Shown piece after piece: positions 12,357-24,482 of a stretch of DNA of 64,000 bases; position 1 is the stretch's first letter; each line of letters starts with the position of its first letter. The position numbers were made by a program, and so were the translations under genes. The stretch comes from Felis catus (lineage: Eukaryota), in assembly GCF_018350175.1 (NCBI RefSeq), contig NC_058369.1:81964001-82028000 (forward strand), in the 5' to 3' direction. The notes beneath the pieces were generated by a model that saw nothing but the letters and a program-made list of their open reading frames with translations, was not told the origin of the DNA and did not search any database.

Positions 12357-12744
12357 TACTGTAATAAATTATGTAAATGTGGTCTCTCACCCTCTGTTAT
12401 TGTTATTGTACTGTACTCACCCTTCTCGTGAGGACGTGAGGTGACAAAACGCCTGTCTGATGACGTGACGCGAGGCGAATGACGCAGACGTTGCGACGTA
12501 GCGTTAGGCCGCTATTGACCTCCTGAAGAGTCAGAAGGAGGATCATTTACTTCCGGACCACGGATGACCGCGGGTTAATGAAGCTGCAGAAAGCCAGATG
12601 GTGGATAGGGGGGACTACGGTACCACTATTGTCGTTTCAATGGACATACTGAAAGCAAGAGCTATGTTACTAGTTTCAGAAGTCTTCATTGTTTTTAAAG
12701 TAAAGAAAATTATGATCTCACCCATTTTCCCATTGTTTTTAAAG

Positions 12745-12969
12745 AAAGTTACAAAATTCCATGCTGAAACTTGCCAACAATGTTACCGTCAGAGAAAGCA
12801 TGCAAAATGACGTGTGCAAAATCGTAGCAAAACTTCAGGCAATGAAGGAGAAGAAGGAAGTCCAGTTAAATAACATCGACAGACTTGCCAATATGATCAC
12901 AGTGATTGAAGAGGAGATGGTGCAACTTCGCAAGAGATACGAAAAAGCCGTTCAGCATCGAAATGAAAG
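12745..12969 (+). CDS. CCDC146: CCDC146 coding exon
   Basis: tttaaag|A AAG TTA CAA...GAA AG|gtaaaa; [23 protein letters not shown]...AVQHRNE; 225 nt. Confidence 0.95.
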
Positions 12970-13040
12970 GTAAAAACCAGGAACCTAGTGTGAAAAACGA
13001 AACACCCAGAGATCCTACTTAGAAACGTTGCCCCTTTTGT

Positions 13041-13257
13041 GGGCACCTGGGTGGTTCAGTCGGTTGACTGGCCTGAGCTTGGGTCATGATTTCATGGTTC
13101 TGGTTTGTGAGTTCGAGCCCCACACGGGGCTCGCGGCTGTCAGCACTGAGCCCACTACAGACCCTCTGTCCCCTACTCCCTCTACCCCTTCCTCACTTGC
13201 GCGCTCTGTCTCTCTCAAAAATAAAAATAAACATTAAAAAATGCTTAAAAAAAACAA
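13041..13257 (+). mobile_element. CAN-SINE
   Basis: Head, (CT), A-tail; ttgcccctttt on both flanks. Confidence 0.92.
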
Positions 13258-14760
13258 ATATTGCCCCTTTTTCTATCTGGATTTGACAGTGGGTAGTGAG
13301 GGGCATGTGACATTTAGGTTTCATTAGCCTTTTGTGGGGGCAGGGTAGGGGGTCAGCTGTGTGTTTTGCCTGAAAATAAGAAACTCTGTTCTTGTAAGCG
13401 AGACAGGCAAGACTAGGGTTTGAGAAGTTGCCCGCTTAAAGATCAAAGTTCTTTCCCAGGCTACCATTCAGGATACCATCAAGTTATTTCAGTATAATTG
13501 ACATAAGTAAGTCTTTGGATCTCGTATCCACTTTTGTGACAGGCTTGTCTTAGTAGGAAATTTATTAAGCCATTTTCCCAGCTCATTTTCTCAGCAAGTA
13601 AGACGTTTCAGAACAGCATTATTTCTTCCAGACTACAATTATGTCATTAATCAATTGCTACTGTAACTGTGCTTGTGCTAGAGAAATGTGGTATGTGAGA
13701 TTGTAGAGCCCTGTAGTAATTACATCTGGTATCAGATCTTCTGTTCATTGTGGCTTGATTGTGGGCTGCTCCATGTGAAGTTATGTGCTAAGTGCTGGAC
13801 CCTGAAAGTACAAACAGGTGGTATGGCATTGCTCCTGGCTTCTTGTGTCAAGAGAAGTAAGAGGATCCTGAGGAGCCAATGAATGGCAAATGAGACAAAA
13901 CAAAGAGCTAAGATTAAGCAAATACAACGATGTGTATACATGTTTTAAGGGAGGGGAGAGAGACGGAGATAAAGGCAATTAAAGATGAACTCTGGGATGA
14001 TGGCTATGCAGAGTGTGGGAAGAACTTCAGGGTGTGAAGAACACTACTTTTTCAAACAGCTGGCAGGTGTTTTCTCTGGGAAAAAAGAAAGAAAAAAAAA
14101 GTCCTCTTATTTGGCTCCTGGCACAAAACAAAGTAGTTAGGCAGTGTGTTCCCAGGCCCTGATCAGACCTGTAGGGCTGGAATTAGAAAATTCTTACTTT
14201 GTTTCTTTCCCACATTCTCCTCACATGGAGGGGTCTTTCCCCTGGCATGATTACAAAGGACAGGACTTTGCCTATTTATGGGGCAATTTGCATCAGAAAT
14301 ATTCAACTTTCAAAGAACCTAATAGGCCTGGCAAGTTACACCGAATTGCTGCAGAAACACATTCGCTGGCCCCCTGCCTGGGTACTTCTGGCCCAGAGCT
14401 CAGTTGGCAAGTCTGGCCCAAGAAAAGGGTCTGCAGAAAATCAGATTATGAGATTACTTTGTTCATGCATGGGGAATGACATTTTTTTCCCACCCCAGGA
14501 AAACCTTTGGGATTTGCAGAGATACCGTGACCAGCCAACTGCACGGTTAGCTCAGAGTCAAGATGCTAAACAGTCCTCCCTTTCCCATCCCCAGGAATTA
14601 AAAGTGTGGAGTTTAACTAGAAAGCCAACAGTGAATATCTTTTGCCTTCTGGAATTATATAACGTCAATGTGTATTTGGTGCCCACATCCAGGGGGAACC
14701 ACCATGACTAAGTGACCTCAACATCCTCTTAGCCTCCTCTGCCTCTCCTTTTGGCCACAG

Positions 14761-14989
14761 TGGCGTTCAGCTGATAGAACGGGAAGAGGAAGTGTGCATC
14801 TTCTATGAAAAAATAAACATCCAAGAAAAGATGAAGCTAAATGGAGAAATTGAAATACATGTCCTGGAAGAAAAGATCCGATTCCTGAAACTGAAGATTG
14901 CCGAGAAGCAAAGACAGATTCATGTGACCCAGAAATTACTGCCAACCAAGAGGGCCCTGGATGCCGACTTAGCAGTGCTCCAGATTCAG
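14761..14989 (+). CDS. CCDC146: CCDC146 coding exon
   Basis: ccacag|T GGC GTT...ATT CAG|gtgggg; [31 protein letters not shown]...[10 protein letters not shown]; 229 nt. Confidence 0.95.
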
Positions 14990-15679
14990 GTGGGGAAAAT
15001 ATTCATCATACATTTCCAGGGCCATTTGCTTCCCCTCCCCCGCCTCTTCTTTAGAGGTTTGTAGATCATATTGAGCTCTCACATGTAAATTAAGCTATGC
15101 CCTTCTTAGTATCTGTACGAACCCATGAGTTATAAGTCTTCTTTAAAAATGCCCCTGCTCCAGGGTGGAATCAGGCATCCGCGCTACAGATTGTCTTTTT
15201 TTCCCCGTGAAACATTTTCTGCCTTCCATGGAATTTAGACCCTCCCAAATCTCAACTCTTGCTCAGCTTCCTCATAGCTCAAAATTTAAGTAAGCCAGGT
15301 TTTCACTGCCACCAGCATAACTATGTTTTTGATGCTTGCTGGAAAGATCCTGAAGACCATCTTGCTCTCATTTTTAGAACTCCTGTCCTCCAAAGCCGAG
15401 ATTTTTGTTTGTTAATTGGCAATCACATATAAATGGACTCCTTATTAATCCCTGTAGTTTCCCTGTAATATAATAGCCTGATCTCTGACATAGTCTTTTT
15501 AAAAATGGAATAAAGCCACAAACTGTAAACATGAAATAAATACCTACATATATACATAAATAATGAATATAAAGCTACTTTCTTCACATGTAATAACTGT
15601 ACTTTTTCTTCTATTTTTAAAGAATAGAGATCTTTTTTCCATTTACTCAATGCAGCAGGAACAAATTTTAACTTATAAT

Positions 15680-15772
15680 AAGGCGCCTGTGTGGCTCAAT
15701 TCTGAGTTTTGGCTCACATCATAACCTTGTGGCTTCCGTGGGTTTGAGCCCCGGTTGGGTCTCCAAGAGACT

Positions 15773-15803
<31 letters not shown>

Positions 15804-15860
15804 GCCCCTCCCTGACTTGTGCTGTCTCTATCCCTCTCAAAATAAACAAACTTAAAAAAA
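15680..15860 (+). mobile_element. CAN-SINE (older, internally shortened)
   Basis: TSD aaattttaac(t/c)tataata. Confidence 0.9.
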
Positions 15861-15990
15861 AAATTTTAACCTATAATATGGTTTCTAAAATGTCAGGTTT
15901 ATTTTCAGGTTTTTTCTGATTATAAAATTAAAACATGTTCAGTTAATGAAGTTTTGAAAAAATACAAAAATTAAAAAAAAAAAATTCCAA

Positions 15991-16196
15991 GGGCCCCTGG
16001 GTGGCTCAGTTGGTTAAGCTTCTGACTTCAGCTCAAGTCATGATCCCACAGTTCATGGGTTTGAGGCCCGCATCAGGCCCTGTGCTAACAGCTCAGAGCC
16101 CAGAGCCTGCTTCTGTCTCCCTCACTCTCTGCCCTCTCCTGCTTCTGCTTGCTCTCTCTCAAAAATAAAAATAAACATTAAAAAAATTAAAAAAAT
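15991..16196 (+). mobile_element. CAN-SINE
   Basis: Head/(CT)/A-tail; aaaattcca flanks. Confidence 0.92.
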
Positions 16197-17448
16197 AAAA
16201 TTCCATCCTAATATATAATCACTATTAAAATTATCAAAAATCTGGAAGAGATCCTTCTGGTCTTCTTCAAGATGTACAAGTAAATAGTTTTCATTAGCTC
16301 ATGCTATAGACAGTTGTGAATCCTGGGTTTGTGTTTTGTTTTGTTTTGTTTTCATTTAATCATGTCATGGCGAGTCACGTGACTTTGTGGAACTAGATGA
16401 TGGGTCCACTTCCATGTTTTATGCCATTTGAATGAATGAATGCTGTATCAATGATAGGATTCCAGTGTTTATTTTTTGAGCCATAAATTCTCCTATTCAT
16501 TTGCTCCATAAGTGTAGCCCAATTTAGATGGATTGGTTGAAACACCCCTAGGCATTCCTCAGGTCTCCAAGGTAGCCTCCCCAGGATTCCTATGGCTCTG
16601 ACTCCTGCTACCAATGAGTGGTTCATTTGGGGGATCCCCTCGTCAGCTCACACACAACAGTGCCTGGTTCACTTCCATGCCATGTCAGTGCAAAACTCAG
16701 GAGTCACTCCTTCTTCAGCTTACTGACACAAAATCATTCATGCAAGATCTTTGTCTATGAACTGATTGGAGATTTGGGGCAACAGTATGATGGGATACCT
16801 TACAGAAATGTAAAGAACTTATAAATTCCGTATCAGCTATCCATGCCCTACAGAGCTCTGTGGGGCACCCCATCACTGGTAACAGTCCCCAGGTGTGTTA
16901 GCCCATGCAGCACCCTGGCCTAGCTCCATTTCACTGGCTTGTCTTTCCATCTTTCATCCCCTTTGCCTCTCCACATCACCCCCACCCCAGATTGCCTTCC
17001 AGGCACTCCATACTTGTCCCACTTGATTTTACAGAATAATTTGCCTTTCTCTAGCTCCTTCCCAAAACACAGCTTCAGGGCCATCTTTTTCCATACCAAA
17101 CTATCAAGATGCCCAGCAGAACAAAAGGATTTTAAATTCAGTAAGATCCACAATAGAAAAGTTCTCTCTCTATTGTGTAAGCATTTTATTTGTGTTAATT
17201 GCAAATCAATACTTCTAGTCAATGGATAAAATTCATTGTTCTTAAAATATACACACTTGGCATTTCATTATACAGTTATCTGGTGTAAAATGTGAATTCA
17301 GTTTACCCAAGAGGAAAATATTTATGCATTTATGCCTGATATGAGCCTTTTCCATTCTGACTGCAAATGAATTGAGACAATATGGACTATGTATTACCAT
17401 CAGTTACCTGTTTTGCCAGGTTATTCTAAGCTTAAGGACTGCTGAATA

Positions 17449-17635
17449 GGGGCACCTGGGTGTCTCACTCAGTTAAGTGTCCGGCTCTTGATTTTGGCTC
17501 AGGTCATGATCTCAGGGGCCTGCAATCTAGCCTCGAGATGGGCACCAGTCTGGGCATGGAGACGGCTTGACATTCTCTCACTCTCCTTCTGCCCCTCCCA
17601 CCCCTGCTCACGCTCCCTCTCTAAAACAAAACAAA
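17449..17635 (+). mobile_element. Older CAN-SINE
   Basis: Divergent head; TSD actg(c/t)tgaata. Confidence 0.88.
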
Positions 17636-18054
17636 ACTGTTGAATAGAAAGTTTCCCATTAGTCTTCAAACTGCACTTAATTATTTGTCTACTTAGCACT
17701 AATCACGTGGGTCCTTTGAAGGCCATGATATGAAATTTAAAGCTTTAGGCAAGTCATTTTTGTACTCTGCCTTGCTGTGTCAGATCCCTGTCACATCCTG
17801 TTACTTGTTACAGCTGCAATGTTTTTGGGGTGTTTTTTTGTAAAGTCTTCCCATTTTTGCATCATTTCCAGAATTCTCTTAAGGTTTGCATTTTCTCAGT
17901 TGTTTGAAACATTTTTTAATTGTCCAACAGTCTAATCCAAGGATTATCATGAGTCATATTTTCCCGGTGCTTATAATAATGGCTCCTTTTCAGGGATCTT
18001 GGAAGTCATGTGAACTATTTTAGAGCACAACACTATTTTATATCAACAAAGTAA

Positions 18055-18195
18055 ACATGGGGATTAAGGAGGGCACTTGCTGTGATGAGTCTAGGGTGTT
18101 GTATTGAAGTGTTGCATCACCAGATTCTACACCTGAAACTAACACTGCGTTGTATGTTAACTAACTGGAATTTATATAAAAACTTAAAAAAAAAA
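18055..18195 (+). mobile_element. Carnivore L1 3' terminal fragment
   Basis: ggattaaggagggcacttgctgtgatgag...acacctgaaactaac...tatgttaactaactggaattta...A-tail. Confidence 0.8.
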
Positions 18196-18338
18196 GTAAA
18201 CAGTTTTTCCTCAAAGACCCATGGGGAAGCCAGAGCAATCAAGGTACTGCTTTGATAAACAAGCACCATATTTTTGTTCCTTATTTAATTTCTTAAGAAA
18301 CAGAAATATCAAGTGTTGTTAATAATACATACAATAAT

Positions 18339-18966
18339 TGGGAATGCAAGCTGGTGCAGCCACTCTGAAAAACAGTATGGCGGTTCCTCAAAAAACTAAA
18401 AATAGAACTACCGGACGACCCAGCAATTGCACTACTAGGCATTTATCCAAGGGATACAGGTGTGCTATTTCAAAGGGACACATGCATCCCCATGTTTATA
18501 GCAGCACTATCAACAATAACCAAAGTATGGAAAGAGCCTAAATGTCCATCGATGGATGAATGGATAAAGAAGAGGTGGTATATATACAATGGAGTATTAC
18601 TCAGCAATCAAAAAGAATGAAATCTTGCCATTTGCGACTACGTGGATGGAACTGGAGGGTATTATGCTAACTGAAATGAGTCAGTCAGAGACAAAAATGA
18701 CTTCACTCATATGAGGACTTTAAGAAACAAAACAGATGAACATAAGGGAAGGGAAACAAAAATAATATAAAAACAGGGAGGGGGACAAAAACAGACTCAT
18801 AAATATGGAGAACAAACTGAGGGTTACTGGAGGGGTTGAGGGAGGGGGGATGGGCTAAATGGGTAAGGGGCACTAAGGAATCTACTCCTGAAATCATTGT
18901 TTCACTATATGCTAGTTAATTTGGATATAAATTTACAAAAATAAAAAATAAGTTAAAATAAAAAAA
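18339..18966 (+). mobile_element. 5'-truncated felid L1 (degenerate ORF2 C-terminus + 3' UTR)
   Basis: gggaatgcaagctggtgcagcc...[17 protein letters not shown]-type frame, 3' UTR, A-tail; TSD ATACAATAAT at 18329-18338 and 18967-18976. Confidence 0.93.
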
Positions 18967-19869
18967 ATACAATAATGTATTTATGCTTAATTATGTGTAG
19001 ATGTATACTTTAACTCCATATTAAGGGCAATTAAGGAGTGTGGAGAGAGAGGAAGAAAAAGGAAAAAAAATAAATTATTTATGTCACCACTTATAATTCT
19101 TTTTGTCAGGAGGAGGAGCATACATAAATTAAAAATTAAATACTACCTATATCACTCTGGGACACGTTGTAGAGTGTGTAAAGTATAAATACCACTTGGA
19201 ATGTGGTATCTCATTTAAGTAATCAACCCCATTAGGTTGGGCCTTATCTTCCCATTTGACAGTTGAGGAAACTAAAGTTTAGAGAAGATAAATGATTTGC
19301 CCAAGATTCTACAGGTTTTCAGTAGGTTGAAAATGATAACTCTTGGTTTTCAATGTGTTCCACATCTCTCCATATAAAAACTATGTGTGAACTGCTATTT
19401 TCTTCACCTCCAAAGTCTCCTTGACTCAATAAATATAGTTGATATATAAAGCATTGTATTAGGTGGTTAGCAAAAAAGATATAAATGGTTCAGGCTATAC
19501 CTCACAGACTGTACATTGTATTGACCTAGTTAAGAACTTCATTCTTTGCAACACCATTAAACCTATTGCCAACAAAGGGTTTTAAACTGGAGTCCAGGAT
19601 GCTGTCTGCTTTGTATGTTGTCTACTTTGGCCTCTAGAACAATCTTCCATAAAAAGCTCTGCTCTGCAACCATGCAGCATCCTGTGGGTATAACACAAAA
19701 TGGTAAATAGTCAAAGGACTGGTTGTAAGATCAGGTTTTTCTTTAATGGCTCTGAACTCGCAGTCTTGCTTCAGAGGGTCAGTTACAGGCATCATCCTCA
19801 TGGCACCATGGGTGGGCAAACACATTGTTCAACCCCAGGTCCCAGCTGATGGGATGTTAAGAGTTCTCT

Positions 19870-20087
19870 GGGGGCACCTGGGTGGCTCAGTCAGCTGAGC
19901 GACCGACTTTGGCTCAGGTCATGATCTCATGGTTTGTGAGTTCGAGCCCCGCATTGGGCTCTGTGCTGACAGCTCAGAGCCTGGAGCTTTCTTCTGATTC
20001 TGTGTCTCCCTCTCTCTCTGCCCCTCACCCATTCATGCTCTGTCTCTCTCTGTCTCAGAAATAAACATTAAAAAAAATTAAAAAAAA
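19870..20087 (+). mobile_element. CAN-SINE
   Basis: Perfect TSD AAGAGTTCTCT at 19859-19869 and 20088-20098. Confidence 0.94.
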
Positions 20088-20217
20088 AAGAGTTCTCTTG
20101 CCCCTTTCCCTGGGTTGATCCCACTGGAAGACTTTAAAGACCATGGGCCATGTGATTTTAAAATTTATGGAGCAAGACGGTTAGTTTTGAAGTTAATGTT
20201 TCTTTCTTGTTTAATAG

Positions 20218-20346
20218 TTTTCACAGTGCACAGACAGAATAAGAGACCTGGAGAAACAGCTTATAAATCCTGAGGGTGAGAACAGAACCCGCTTCATTCC
20301 AGGGAAAGATATGACCCAAGAAGAAATGATCAAAAAATTAGATTCG
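20218..20346 (+). CDS. CCDC146: CCDC146 coding exon (absent from ORF track)
   Basis: ttaatag|TTT TCA CAG...GAT TCG|gtaagc; [43 protein letters not shown]; 129 nt. Confidence 0.95.
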
Positions 20347-20851
20347 GTAAGCATTCCTCTGACAGTAGTACCTACTAGCCCCTTGTTGATCAGTGTCACA
20401 GATATCGGTGGTGCTATTTCCATCTTATGCAGACAGATTTATCCCTCACAATTCTAGCCACTAACAATTGTGTCATTGTAATCCCTTAACAAAACCTAAG
20501 CTTGTTTCAAATGCTTGCCAAAAAGAAGTAAAACCTGTGTGGTTTCGAGATGCCCACTTTTGTCTCATAGCCCAAAGGAACAATTTTGGCATCTTTAGTG
20601 GATTAATTTGTCTTCCTGAAGGGAGAGTATCAGAGGAATGACAACAGGAAGCTAAATGGAGCTGAGAGGGCTGCCCCCTACCTTGGGAAGGAAGAACTCC
20701 CAGAGCTGCCTGCAGGGGGCTGGGAGCAAGGAGAGTCTTGACTTAGACCAGTGCTAAAGACTTTTCCAGAGCTATCTTGGCAACTATATAAAAGCAATCT
20801 GTTTTCATTAAGGGGAAAAAATTAGGGCTCTAATTAAGAAAGAATATTTTT

Positions 20852-21058
20852 GGGTGCCTGGGTGTCTCAGTAAGTTAAGTGGTCTACTTCGGCTCAGGTC
20901 ATGATTTCACAGTTCATGAGTTCAAGCCCTGCATCAGGCTCAGAGCCTGGAGCCTGCTTCTGATTCTGTGTCTCCCTCTCCCTCTGCCCCTCCCCAGCTT
21001 GTGCTCTGTCTCTGGGTCTCTCAAAAATAAACAAACATTAAAAAAAATTTTTTTTAAA
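20852..21058 (+). mobile_element. CAN-SINE ending about 60 nt before a CCDC146 acceptor
   Basis: Head/(CT)/A-tail; aagaaagaat flanks. Confidence 0.92.
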
Positions 21059-21122
21059 AAGAAAGAATTTGAATTACATGACTTTGTTTTTTCCTTTTTA
21101 CTGAAATTGTTTTCAACCATAG

Positions 21123-21260
21123 CTGGAACTACAGCTGGCCAAGAAGGAGGAGAAGTTACTGGAGAAGGACTTCATCTATGAACAGGTCTCCCGGCTCACA
21201 GACAGGCTCTGCAGCAAAACTCAGGCCTGCAAACAGGACACTCTGCTCTTAGCCAAGAAG
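21123..21260 (+). CDS. CCDC146: CCDC146 coding exon (absent from ORF track in this frame)
   Basis: ccatag|CTG GAA CTA...AAG AAG|gtctgc; [46 protein letters not shown]; 138 nt. Confidence 0.95.
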
Positions 21261-24233
21261 GTCTGCCTGAGACCCTGCCTTCTCCCTCCTGCCCTTACTC
21301 CTTTATTACCTGTCATTTTGCACAGTCTGCTTTATTTATCGAGAGCAGCACTGAAGAGATTTGGCTTTATGACTAGAGAAACATAAAGATGTAAAATTAA
21401 AAAGGTAAAGAGGACTCTTAGAGAATTGTCCAAAATGGGTTTCAATCTTGTCCCCTGAATGAATTGTTTTGTACTGGGAAAACTTAAGCTTTTTGATGAC
21501 AGTTTGCACGTTTCCCTGAACAGGCCACCTACTCCAACTATGACAATTATACCTTTATATTTCATGTGCCAACTTAAATCCTTTCTAGTTCCTTGTGATT
21601 AGAGGGCCTCACTTACCCAGCAGTCTGCACGAAAACAGCCCTAATCCAGAACCCAGCCAGAACCCAGAAATGGACGGGACCATTAAAGAGAACAGCAGTC
21701 AGTCACACAACACCCATGCCTGTTAGTCCTTGGGATGAAGCCACTACAGGGCCACACTAGTGAGGAAAGACCAGTCATGTGGAGCTTCCTGATTTCTTAA
21801 GTTTCAAATATGAGGACTGCTGATTCAAAGCTCCAGGGTCAGGCTGGGACTGCTAGAGCTGCGCTGAAAGGGGCCACCAGCAGGAGGGAGGCTGGTGAGT
21901 TAGGTGAGGCAGGACCTGGCACCGTAGGACAGTCAGAGGAGCTGCTGCTCACCCGACCTCTGGGCCCCTTGGAGCATCTGCTGTGACAGCCCAGGGATTT
22001 TAGTTACTGAACCTGTTGTGTGCTCCCTTGATGCCAGGTGTGAGGGCAGGGACAAAGAGGAATGGACACATTGTCCACACCTAGTGCTGGCAGACAGGTA
22101 AACAGCCCATGACGGTGGGCTCCTGAGCGCAGTCACTGTTCCTCGTCCTTAATTTCCCCAATGGCCAGCGTGTACTAAACTCAAGAGAAAAAAATTATTG
22201 AATAAGTGAAGTCAGTCCCATTCTAGAAAGTTCTCGCTCACCAAAGAAACAGAAAATCACTGTAAACCTCAAGCCTCCTTTGCCATTTTTATTTGGCATT
22301 TACACACCTGCTCTGATGACTTTCACTAATAGACTTCCACATCAGACCCATGGCTCATGGGCAATTCACGACTTTACCTCATCAAATAAGAAATGCTAAG
22401 ACTCTTTTAGGCTCATGAACTTTGCCTGAATTAGCATGCCCGATGTTTCTTTAAATGTTGCCTTCCTTCCTTTTGCAATATGAATTTCCCTTTCTTTAGG
22501 GGAAGTCCAGTCGTCACTGAGGGCTGGTTTGTCAAATCTGTTGGCAGTCTGGAAGTCAGCTGTAATGCTAGAGAAATGCAAATGGTGACAACTGCTACCC
22601 GGGATCCAGCAAGCGGAGTCCTAGCCTACTGCTTTATCTTCCCGCACCTTTCCCCACCTTCAGTGCTATCTACTTGGCTTTTTCTCTTTTTATTTAAAAT
22701 TAGGATTTCCTTATAGTAGGCAGAACTAGAAGGTAGAAAGGTTCAGACCCCAGATCTGTGATTTACCAATACTAGGGAGTGACCCTGAGAAAGATACATA
22801 AATGATCTTAAAATGAAGTTTCTTGATCTGTGAAATGGGTGTTGATATCAGCTTAAGTTGTTGCAAGCATTGGGTAGTTGAGAAGTGGTCTAGCTCCTTG
22901 CAGGAACTCAACGAGAATGCACATCTCAAATCTCTCACCTTTCCCAGGTAGCTTATGGCTCCACTTGCAAATTTCCCAAATGAACAGAAAATGGGAAATC
23001 CCAAACAAAGACTTAGAGCAACCTGGAATACCATCCTTTTTTGGAGGAGATAAGGAGGTTGGCTAGCTTTACACACATACACACAACATTCAAGTGTACC
23101 ATAAATGATTAATGAAATTTAAGATGACTCACCATTGAAGCTTTAAAAAGTAGTTGCTTTTATTCACTGTATGCTTCTTAAAATATAGAACAGTTTTTAA
23201 AATGTATATTCCCTATTCCTTTAAAGAGAAAAAATGTGTATATAACAATTAGACATTATATTTTCAGAGGAAGGCAAATCACAAACAGCAACATTTCTCT
23301 AAGCAAATGTACAGATAGATCAGTGTCCGCTCTATTAAGAGAATAAAGTATTTCAAGGTCCAGAGTAGATTTTGGAAGCTCATATTCAGGTCCCAGTGTA
23401 CCTTTATTCAAAGGACTGAAGGATTAAAATAGAATAGAATAGAATTTATTAATTCCTTCATTCAGCAAAATTTCAGTTTTAATTTTGTTGGGTGCCTATG
23501 TTCCACTTAGTCCTGTCTTTTAATTCTTTGGTGGTAACTAGCTGATGTGAAATGGTAAACATACCCATAGAACAAGAAACATTTCATTTCAAATTATTGA
23601 ACATATTTTCCCCAGTTCAACTCATGCTTGCTTATGACCTAATAATGATGCATCCCAGGAATTATGATCAATAATGCAACCACATTGAGGTATGATATTT
23701 TCCATTAAAAATCATTTCAGAATACAGGACCTCTGCTGATTATCTCGTATAATTAAAGAGTAATTTTTAAATGTAGTTTTTTTTTTCTACCAGATTTTTT
23801 TCCACTGGATAGGTGACAAATTAAAGACATGGCAAAATTAGGCCAGAACTTACACATCAAGAATACCCTTTCCCTTCTCCTTATCACCTCTTAAAAATAA
23901 AGGGACTATTTCCCTCCCTGCTACCCACTTGGAACTCCAGTAAGTAGATGAACAGACTGGTTTCTTTTCCCTCCTGTCTTTATTTACCCAGGGCCAGGCT
24001 CTCTCCAGGTGTGGAGGTGAGTGTGTGTGCCTGTGTGTGAGAGGAGGGCCTTATTTACACAGCCAGGGAATTGGGCTCAATCTCTGAGATCTCTTCCAAT
24101 TCTTATTTTCTCTGAATTCCCACTTAAACTCTCTGTCCTCCAGCCAAGACTGCCCCCCACCATTCTAGACAGCCAGCAGCCTGCCATTTTCTTAGTGTAT
24201 ACATAGTCTAAACCTTGGGCTCTTTCATTCTAG

Positions 24234-24482
24234 ATGAACGGCTACCGGAAAAAGATCAAAGATGCCACGGAAAAAATGATGGCTCTTGTTGCTGAGCTTT
24301 CCATGAAACAGGCTCTGGCCATTGAACTCCAAAAGGAAGTCATGGATAAAGAAGATTTCATCTTCTCCTGCAATTCCAGGATAGAAAAGGGTCTGCCACT
24401 CAATAAAGACATTGAAAGAGAATGGCTGAAGGTACTTCGAGATGAAGAAATGTATGCTTTGGCCATCGCTGAAAAATCTCAG
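24234..24482 (+). CDS. CCDC146: CCDC146 penultimate coding exon
   Basis: ttctag|ATG AAC GGC...TCT CAG|gtaagc; [26 protein letters not shown]...LAIAEKSQ; 249 nt. Confidence 0.95.

Larger units (their letters stand above)
11606..12620. mobile_element. TcMar-Tigger non-autonomous element (MER82-like), internally deleted, split by a nested Tigger2-type element
   Basis: Ends gtagttcccccttatcc...ggatagggggggactacgg|TA are inverted copies; family name from recalled consensus. Confidence 0.7.

Noticed and set aside
14199-14711. 170-aa + strand ORF in a CCDC146 intron
   Set aside because: TTG start, no recognisable similarity; CCDC146 frame is complete without it.
16393-16626. ORF with LMEQMNRRI, faintly like a retroviral integrase motif
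   Set aside because: No D,D-35-E context or other pol motifs; similarity too short.
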